From contig OW569391.1 in NCBI GenBank assembly GCA_937625935.1, forward strand, positions 310,001 to 374,000: a stretch of DNA of 64,000 nucleotides. Reading direction: 5' to 3'. Positions 56,293 through 64,000 of the stretch are shown one piece after another. Below the pieces are notes generated by a model. The model had not been told where the DNA came from, made no database searches, and saw only the letters and a program-made list of their open reading frames with translations. The first letter of the stretch is position 1, and every line of letters starts with the position of its first letter. The position numbers and the translations under genes are program-made. Origin of the DNA: Tetramitus jugosus (lineage: Eukaryota; Protista; Heterolobosea).

Positions 56293-56979
56293 ATGACTAG
56301 TACTAGTTCTAATGATCTCCAAGCAAAGGGGCCACTCCTTCTTCCGCTTGCTATCAAGTTTACTGAGCAGGGTACTCCTGGCCACCTTTGCCAATTGATC
56401 GAGTTGTGCAAGAGGAGCAACACTTTCAAGGTAGAGTTAGGATCAAGTCTTCGTAAGAGAATGGGTGAACGCAAGGCCAAGGTCAATGAGGTTTTGAGCC
56501 ACTTGCATAAGGGAGTTAACAAGTGGGCCGATCGAGTGTGGATCCGCGATGGTGAGGAATGGAAGCTGATCGAAAAAGAAGGCTTCACAAGAGAGGTACT
56601 TGTCCAGAGGGTGAGACTTGGGCTTTTGGACCCTAGAACAAACTTGACTCGTAGTGACATTGTGAATGACTCAAGTGATGAAGATAACAACTGTATCCAG
56701 GATACAAATGATGAAAGTTACTCCTCGGAGGACGACGAGAACGAATCTGTGGAACATGAGAGTGAGTCTGAGGACGATCAAGAACCACCACGAAAGAAAA
56801 GGAGAATAGCTGTCTCCTTCCTACGTGTGATCAATGACTTGAGTCAAATCAATCAGGTCGTCCAACAACAAGAGAAGAAGATCAGTCGACAAGAGAAGAG
56901 GATCAGTTTGTTAATTAATGAGATCACTCACTTAAAGAAGCGCTTTAAAGATATGGTTCAAGAAATTCATGAAGAGTAA
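56293..56979 (+). CDS. Unknown family, divergent member C
   Basis: LPLAIKF...NKWADRVWIRDGEEWKLIEK resembles the family core; acidic tract, PRKKRR NLS and C-terminal coiled coil. Confidence 0.75.
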   Translation: MTSTSSNDLQAKGPLLLPLAIKFTEQGTPGHLCQLIELCKRSNTFKVELGSSLRKRMGERKAKVNEVLSHLHKGVNKWADRVWIRDGEEWKLIEKEGFTREVLVQRVRLGLLDPRTNLTRSDIVNDSSDEDNNCIQDTNDESYSSEDDENESVEHESESEDDQEPPRKKRRIAVSFLRVINDLSQINQVVQQQEKKISRQEKRISLLINEITHLKKRFKDMVQEIHEE

Positions 56980-57719
56980 CACAATAAAACCTTTTGTACA
57001 ATGTCAATCTCATCAAATGCGCAACTGTCAGTGGTCCTATAGAGCTACCTTCACTCCAATCAAGTTTCAATCGAAACATTGCAGTTCCATCATGACAAAA
57101 GACATGGCGTTTTGAGTACTTTTCTCATTAAAATTTCATTAGGTTGCTTCTCGTGGCATTCTTTCGTTGTAGGTAACAAGCAATTTAATAGGATAGTAAT
57201 GTGATGAATTTCTGTAAGGACAATGTCAAATACTTCTATCTTTTGAGTGAAAAAAGAGAGTTGTTAATAAAACCTTCTGTTCTGATTGTCATCCAGCTGA
57301 GTATCTGATGGTCAGTTGGATGGTGGTGTGATCGCACAATAAATGCTCACTGCCCAGCATGCTCACAAATGGTGCGGATATCGGCGTGTACGAGATAACT
57401 AGCTGTCGTAGTCATATGACGCAGATATCTGCTTGGGACATCCTGGCCGTTCTGCGCTGTGACGATGCGTAAGTGCAGTCGACCGCGGTTTTTGCAACGA
57501 CGGGACAGCGCCGTGATGCGAGTGCAATTCTAGATTCGTATGCAATTTTACCGCGTTGGATGTGTGATGCTTTCGATGATGGCACACGATTTCTCCCCTT
57601 GCCACTTTTTTCTTTACAATGGAACCCAAGTGACCCGGCAGTGGCCTTAAGTAGTCCTTCCCCACTCATAATTTCTTTGGGCAAACCAAACCACAACTAA
57701 CCAATCAATCACACCAAGT

Positions 57720-58433
57720 ATGAGTAATCAGCAAACCAAAATTCCCCTTCCAGCAAACATCAAGCTCCATATTAATGGTAAAGATGTTGATGCAACATTG
57801 GTGTACATGGAGAAGACTACCAAGCTTGCACCAATTATCTTGTTGAGTGGACTTGTTTCAGGTATTGATTTTCAAACAGAAACACTCATCACACTTCAGG
57901 ACTTGATTGCCAAGGTGTCACCAAACTCAGGATCATCATGGAAAGGTAGGTTCTCTATTCTAGATCGAAGTGGACGATTGAGAAAGATGGGAAGTCCAGG
58001 ATTAGAAACAACTAGAGACTTTTCTAAACTTGTTAAAAATGGTGATAAGAGCATTGAGGTCAAGTCCTTCTTGAAGCGTCTTACTAAGGACAATTCCAAG
58101 GCACTGGGCTCTGTGCAAAGACAGAATCAACAAGCTAAAAGAACCAAGCGCAGCCACTCGGACTCCAGTGTCGAAGGTCCATCAAAGAAAAGAAGAACCA
58201 ATGTGGCTTCATCTGGGTTGAGAACAGACAAAGAAGGGGCTAAATTGCAGCAAAATATTCGTTCTTTCTTGGCTTCCCGTGCAAAAGCCATGATGTTCAA
58301 ACAGCGAGCTTCAGACCAGATAGACGCTTTGAGTGAAACACTTGAATTGGGGTCGTTGATTGAAAAAACTGCAAGACGCCAAAGAAGAGGACCTAAATGG
58401 GCGACTTTCTCTGTTGAAACAGCATGCGAATAA
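57720..58433 (+). CDS. Unknown family, very divergent member D
   Basis: IPLPANIKLHINGKDVDATLVY...SSWKGRFSI and PSKKRR NLS; shares an upstream motif with member C. Confidence 0.65.
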   Translation: MSNQQTKIPLPANIKLHINGKDVDATLVYMEKTTKLAPIILLSGLVSGIDFQTETLITLQDLIAKVSPNSGSSWKGRFSILDRSGRLRKMGSPGLETTRDFSKLVKNGDKSIEVKSFLKRLTKDNSKALGSVQRQNQQAKRTKRSHSDSSVEGPSKKRRTNVASSGLRTDKEGAKLQQNIRSFLASRAKAMMFKQRASDQIDALSETLELGSLIEKTARRQRRGPKWATFSVETACE

Positions 58434-58964
58434 TAAACATCATCATTGCACTCAATCATACCAGAATAAAATCATCGGTCCTTTGTTTCAAAACTACCTC
58501 TTCTATTACAAGTGGCAGTCTGCAACCCCAGTGAGTTCCAACATGTCCATAATTTCATCAAATCCCTTCCCAAAACAGGCTCCCAGTTTCAGAGTGAGCT
58601 CCATGGAACAATGGCACGGAGGAGCCGAAGACTCAAGGCACGCCGGCGACACCATAGCACTACCATCGAAATGTAGTTTCTCGAGATGACAGCGGGCCGG
58701 CAAGTCTTGCGGCTCGTTGATAAGCGTACCAGTACTAAGCAAATTTGTCCAGCATGTCCAGACCGCACGTGATGCAGGGTGCGCAAAAGGTGACTCGCGG
58801 TGATGCATTCTGTCGTTGAAGGTGTGATTGGTCTTTTTTTAGCATCACACTTGTAAAAAGCGCCAGTTGACCAAAATTCGTTTTCTGCTGGGATTCTGGC
58901 ATATTTTTAGGCGTTCTCTTAGAAAAGCAACACCACTTAAACCTTAGTATCCATTATTACTTTC

Positions 58965-59417
58965 ATGAGTTCTCGCTATAATGATCTCCAAGCCAAGTTG
59001 GAGCCACTCCTTCTTCCACTTGCTTTCGAGTTTCAATCACATGATGGTCTTTGTGAGAGAATAGGCCAAGGAAAAAAGGGTCATGAGGTTTTGAGGAAAT
59101 TGCATGAAGCAAACAAATTGGTAAAAAGAGTTTGGTTTCGCGATGGTGAGAAATGGAAGATGATTGAAAAAGAAGATGGCGTCAAAAGAGATACACTTGT
59201 ACATAGGGTGAGACTTGGGAGTCCAAACTTGACTCGTAGTGACACTAGTGATGAGGATGACAAATGTATCCAGGAAAGTTTCTCTGAGGACTACGAGAGT
59301 GAATCGGGTGAATCTGAGGAGCATGGGAATGACTCTGAGGACGATCAGAAACCACCACGAAAGAAAAGAAAAGTAGATGTCTCTATCAAATCTATCAACC
59401 AAAAACAAGCCGCATAA
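58965..59417 (+). pseudogene. Truncated paralogue (E) of member C
   Basis: NDLQAK..PLLLPLA and RVWFRDGEKWKMIEK align to C with internal deletions. A remnant of C's coiled coil (EIIHLKNRLK) lies out of frame after the stop, at about 59443-59472. Confidence 0.65.
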
Positions 59418-59729
59418 TGGTGGACTGTCGGAAAAGGACACTGAGATCATTCACTTAAAGAACCGCCTTAAACATGGCCCAACAAATGTGAAGAGCTTCA
59501 GTAACATTATAAATAGAACTCGTTTTCACTGTTGTTTTTGATGCCGTCTTGTAGACAGGTACTTAACGACGAGGCAATGAACTGCTTTCGTATCTGCGAA
59601 CTTGTAAACTGCTCCATGAATCGAGTTGACTGCTTCTCTGATCTGGTGGTTGAGGGTCCACAAACAAAGACTGAGTTCCAGACAAAACAAAACGTGAACT
59701 AATTTCCCTCTCAGCTCACAATAAGCCAC

Positions 59730-60006
59730 ACCAAGAATGAGTTAATGTACACAGTTTATTGCTCTTTACTCGAGATCAGTTCCAGTGCTCACTTTGTTTG
59801 ATAGAACTGATCTAAGGCTTCTCTTTTCCTCTTCAGTGCATTAACATTATCTCGCAATTTATGGTATTCAACTTTTGCTTCTTCCATTTTCTCAGTTTCT
59901 TCTGCAATTTGATTATCAATTACGGACATCATAGAACGAGCTTGTTCGTCAAGGGCATTTGTGATAGAAGAGGTGGATGATTGTGGCTTGGATTCTGGTG
60001 TTGTTG
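59730..60006. repeat. Right arm of the 277-bp inverted repeat
   Basis: Reverse complement of 55346-55622. Confidence 0.9.
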
Positions 60007-61180
60007 CATTGTTTCTTGTAGCTCTTGTTTCTACTGTGGAGGGCGAATCAGATGCCTCTCCAATTCTACTTTTCTTTGGTGTTGGTTCCACGTAACTCTT
60101 ATCTGTGTTATCAGATTCATTGCCATCGTCATCTTCATTATCTTGACGATTTCGCTTCTTCGAAATACTGTCCAGTTTAAGATGATTGAATTGCTCTCTT
60201 TTGCCTGTATTCACACAATGACTTATCAAGTACTCTCTTGTGAGACACTCTGTCGTCTGACCAGGATCTTTGTACTTGAGCATCTCCCACTTGTCATCAA
60301 TCTTGATTTCAACTTTTCCTGCCCAACGATTCGAAGCTTTGCCCTTCTTGGGATAGACAAGATCCAAAAACAGACCAATTCTTGATAAAGTGACTCCTTT
60401 CAACTTCTTAACTTGTGGGGCAATGTCTTTGCGGTCAACCACATTGCTCAGGAGCACAACAGAGTATTGACTGTCAACAAAAAGGAGTTCACCTTCTGCA
60501 ACCATGGTACGATCCTTGAGAAACCTAATGCCAGTGGGAATTGGAATGGTTGATGGCGGTGCTGTTGTGCCGTCATGATCACCAGATGAAGAAGAAGGAC
60601 CAATTGCAAATCTTTCTTCACTGTCACTGTCACCTTCATCACTATTCTCATCACGAGAAACATTCTTTGACAGGTTGTTATTTGTTTGAGTGTCCTTTCG
60701 AAGCAAGTCACTAAAATCTTCTTTTGATTTCTCATTAAATGCAGTCAGTGCGAGTTCCTTTCTTGAGAACCTCTTCTTTGTCACAACAGCAGGCTCATTC
60801 AGATCAATATCATCACCACTCTTTTTCTTTGGCTTTCTGTTTCCATTTTCAATCATTTTCCATTGACCACCAACCTTGACAGAAACTCTTCCAGCCCAAG
60901 TAGTCACAGGATTCTTATTCTTCTTTGGATACAACTTTTCCAATATTTCATGAGCCTTGGAAAATTGTTGTCCTGCTTTGAGTTCTCTAAACGATTCTGG
61001 AAGATTAGTCAAATCCTGACTGACTACTTTCAATGTGACAATCGAGTACACATTATCAATATACTCCAATACTCCTTTGGCAACAACGATACCATTGTGA
61101 TGGAACCTGATACTTGCTGGGATTGCTGGCTTTTTCATCCTTGCTTCTTGTTGTTGATTGGTTGAAGTACTTGTACTCAT
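59789..61180 (-). CDS. Unknown family, member F: A-type N-terminal domains with a B-type tail
   Basis: Likely ATG at 61180 (MSTSTSTNQQQ), by homology to A. Both domains closely match A; the tail TTPESKPQ...ALDQFYQTK matches B. Confidence 0.8.
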   Translation of the reverse strand: MSTSTSTNQQQEARMKKPAIPASIRFHHNGIVVAKGVLEYIDNVYSIVTLKVVSQDLTNLPESFRELKAGQQFSKAHEILEKLYPKKNKNPVTTWAGRVSVKVGGQWKMIENGNRKPKKKSGDDIDLNEPAVVTKKRFSRKELALTAFNEKSKEDFSDLLRKDTQTNNNLSKNVSRDENSDEGDSDSEERFAIGPSSSSGDHDGTTAPPSTIPIPTGIRFLKDRTMVAEGELLFVDSQYSVVLLSNVVDRKDIAPQVKKLKGVTLSRIGLFLDLVYPKKGKASNRWAGKVEIKIDDKWEMLKYKDPGQTTECLTREYLISHCVNTGKREQFNHLKLDSISKKRNRQDNEDDDGNESDNTDKSYVEPTPKKSRIGEASDSPSTVETRATRNNATTPESKPQSSTSSITNALDEQARSMMSVIDNQIAEETEKMEEAKVEYHKLRDNVNALKRKREALDQFYQTK

Positions 61181-61523
61181 CTCCTTGTGTGTTTGCGTGT
61201 ATGCGGTTGTTGCTTTTTTTTTCGGTTCGCGCAGTCGCAGACAATTGATTGCGCCGTCTCCCTCCCCGCTTGCGCAGACTGGCGTTTTTTCTTCTTCACA
61301 AGCGCATGCAGACGTCGGCATAAACATCAAGAAAAAAAAAGCTTCCCAAGTCCAATCACAACACCATGCCCAATAAAACAAGAGTGCGAGATTTGGGCAG
61401 GCTTGAGACGAGTTGTGGCAGGTTAGAAAAGCCATCATTGCATGATGAGTTCCTACAATGATAATGATGGTGCACCACCACTCTTCATTGGTGTTTTTTC
61501 TGAGTGGCAATTAGTTCTTGTAA

Positions 61524-61900
61524 CGTGGAGTCACTTTGGGTGGCACTGGCAAGGAATTTGGAAAGAGACACCCTACTTTGGGAAATTTTGTAAAGATTGG
61601 TGCAGGAGCCAAGGTGTTGGGCATTATTTTGTGGGTAATGGGTCAAGGATTGGAGCAGAATCAGTCGTTGTCAAGGATGTGCCAGAAAACAGGACTGTAG
61701 TGGGTATTCCTGGTCGCTGCATTAGCAATAGCAAAAAGTTGCATACGAATGATCCTGTTCATGTGAGTACAAGCGATAAGGTACCATTGTTGGCAGCGTC
61801 GGATGAAGTGAACAACACTGCTTCCGCTCCTGCAATCACTGAAAAGAAAAGAGCGGTGCACATGCCTGATACGGATGCCGAGGCAATCACTTTACCGTAG
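61524..61900 (+). pseudogene. cysE: Serine O-acetyltransferase (CysE) C-terminal fragment, frameshifted
   Basis: [32 protein letters not shown], frameshift at about 61630, then [29 protein letters not shown]. Confidence 0.85.
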
Positions 61901-62149
61901 AGAGGTGCGCCTCGAAACAGAGCTGAAACTGATGGCTCAGAGGTTAAGGATACTGGAGGAGCGCGCTACAGGAGAGAAACCATTGGTGTAGCGACTAGAG
62001 CGGAACGATTTTTGAACAATGGGAGACAAAAGGGATGGTCTGGGAGGTGTCATGACAGAAGAGCTGTGTTTTCTCTGTTCAGAGGTGCGTAAGAGTGCTT
62101 TCGAGTGCACAAGCAACAGGGAAATATTTGGAGTGGAGGCTTTGGAGCC

Positions 62150-62325
62150 AATAGGATGGCAGCACCAGAACTGATAGCAATCTTGAGTCCCTCCATGAGT
62201 ACAACTTCTCTTGCTGTATCGGTTGCTTGTTGACTGTTGACCTTGAAGATTTCATCGGCCAAATCAAGTTTCATCACTTCAGGGACGAATCCAGCACCGA
62301 TACCTTGAATCTTGTGAGGTCCATA
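62150..62325 (-). pseudogene. cysK: Cysteine synthase (CysK) C-terminal fragment
   Basis: GPHKIQGIGAGFVPEVM...ARE...EGL...ISSGAA; the N-terminal PLP-lysine region is absent. Confidence 0.85.
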
Positions 62326-62789
62326 CTGCAATAGAAGGTAATCTTCTCAGAGAAGGTAACCACTCTTCAATTTCTGATTGCCATCAGGTCTGCTTCTCCT
62401 ATTTTTGAGCTCCAGGTTGGAGCTCCTTTTGATGCTGCATGTAGTATTTGGAATAACCTGTGTTTCCTCTCCCTCTATACTTGTTCACAAAGGTTCCCAT
62501 CCCTGATCTGTTCTTTGATATACATTTATTGAATGATTGTGTTAGTTGAACAGAACAAAACAGTGAGTGTTGCAGCAACCATGCAACGTACCGTGGTACC
62601 TCCACAGTGAGCTTCCAAGGCAATTACATCTTTCCCTCAATCAGATAAGATATCCTATTGCTACTGAACAATGACAGAAGAGTGAGACTACAAAAGAACA
62701 CAAAAAACAAAGTGGCCAGAACTCAGCTTTTAAATTATTTTGAGAGGTTCTTATTTGGGTTTATCAACACCTGGGAAAGTGATCTTGAG

Positions 62790-63520
62790 TACTCTGTAGC
62801 ATCCATATGTTGTCAATGATTCTGCAGCAGAGACCATGAATGCATCGCATTTCAGTGGTGGAGGACTGAATGATGCATCGGTATTACTCAGGCCAACAGT
62901 ACACACCTCACAGTTGGAGCAAATTCAAATTCCAGTACTCCATTCTGGTACAAATACCAGCTGTTCATGCGAGAATGGTCATGGAGCAGAACAACAACCA
63001 TCGCTTCTCTGGCAGGACTGATGCTGATGGACAGCATCAAGAATGCATCGAATTCAAGGAGACTGCAAGAAAAGTAAAGCAACCAGTCACCATCACATGT
63101 GAGGCGTCTGTTCAAGACATTAACAGACAAGCAATCAATTCCTCTGCTTCGTCCATTATTCATCCATCGAGTTTGTATGTCGGTGTGAGAACCAAGAAGC
63201 AATTTGTGAAGCCCAATGTGAATTATGATCTGGATCTGATTGTGATCATTGACGGAAAACCAAAACCCGATGTAATAGTCTTGACAGCCACTACTATCGA
63301 GAGAGTGAGACATGGATACTCGTACATGGAGAATGAAGTGTTCCGATCGATCATTGCATCTCATTACAATCCGTATCTTACAATGTTCAATTCAACAAGG
63401 GAAGGCACCTATACCCTCACATTCCAAATTGAGGATCAAAAACTTCGTTGCATGTACTATGGACAATGCTCTGAATCAATCTGAAGAACTAGTTGTTCAG
63501 GTACCGTTCGAAGGACTAGA
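62790..63520 (+). pseudogene. Internal fragment of a bacterial-type alpha-2-macroglobulin-like gene, frameshifted
   Basis: Pieces spread over three frames: ASHFSGGGLNDA / FSGRTDADGQH...EASVQDINRQA...IHPSSLYVGVRT...DGKP...EGTYTLTFQIED / ELVVQVPF. Recognised from memory of the family only. Confidence 0.55.
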
Positions 63521-63585
63521 CGAATGATGGGTTGGATGTGGTGATCGTTTGAGATTGGACATGACTACAGCTGACTCACAAACAG

Positions 63586-64000
63586 TGAATGGAATTGTAA
63601 CGTTTGTGACGCCAACAGGAAGCATTGAGTACAGCGCACCAGCGGGTAATATCAGTATTGTTCTTAAGAATACAGCTCTAACCAGAAGAATTGATTCAAT
63701 GATGGAGATTATCTGTTGAGATTGGGGCCTACTATTGGTTCAATGGTTGAGAGAATGAGAATTGCTTCCAGTGATGGCTCTGTTACACTATCTTCCCTTA
63801 CTGCCAACAACGCGCTCGTCACTAATTCAAGCAAAAAACGTGTGTCCAGTGCAACAACAGATGTCCAGAATGGTTACCTCAGCACAACGACATCCAATTT
63901 TCAGGTTCAGTTAGACGGAAAAGTTGGTAAAACTGGCAATCAAACAATGGATGGTCCATTAACTATCACTTGGACTGCACTTACAGGCAGTGTTGAGTTG
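63586..64000 (+). pseudogene. Phage/virus tail-fibre-like fragment, runs off the window
   Basis: Frame from about 63695: ERMRIASSDGSV...SLTANNALVTNSSKKRVSSATTDVQNGYLSTTTSNFQVQLDGKVGKTGNQTMDGPLTI. The upstream part (63586-63719) is in another frame. Confidence 0.55.

Noticed and set aside
61181-61510. N-terminal 110-aa extension of the 573-aa ORF
   Set aside because: Non-ATG start and promoter-like sequence; homology to member A begins only after the ATG at 61180.
61442-61900. 152-aa ORF as an intact gene
   Set aside because: Its first half is the wrong frame of a frameshifted cysE fragment.

Overview
Gene-dense, AT-rich eukaryotic nuclear DNA with the standard code and short GT-AG introns carrying YTRAC-like branch points. 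IFT140 and poly-N/Q/H low-complexity proteins suggest a flagellated protist; a Discoba/Heterolobosea-like origin is only my guess. Positions 1-44.8 kb are mostly housekeeping genes: OCRL, MRPL4, a triple-RRM protein, an HD hydrolase, SMC2, SYF2, RFWD3, a receptor adenylyl cyclase, tRNA-Ile, a ketoacyl-CoA reductase, Mad3, ALDH6A1, a triple cytochrome b5, TFIIH p52, IFT140, PRP31, a Myb protein and tRNA-Gly. After tRNA-Gly the region becomes accessory. The most striking feature is missed by the ORF track: an ankyrin/coiled-coil/kinase-like/HECT gene (45388-49999) whose ankyrin repeats are each built from a 96-nt phase-0 exon plus a separate 3-nt single-codon microexon, placed at a variable ligand-contacting beta-turn position. 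Both tRNA genes have an insertion just upstream; one is a 5'-truncated LINE with poly(A) and a 12-bp target-site duplication (TSD). A six-gene cluster of an unrecognised nuclear-type protein family (53-61 kb) shows inverted duplication, module swapping and shared upstream motifs. The window ends in a mosaic of broken gene fragments: cysE, cysK, a bacterial-type alpha-2-macroglobulin and a viral tail-fibre-like piece.
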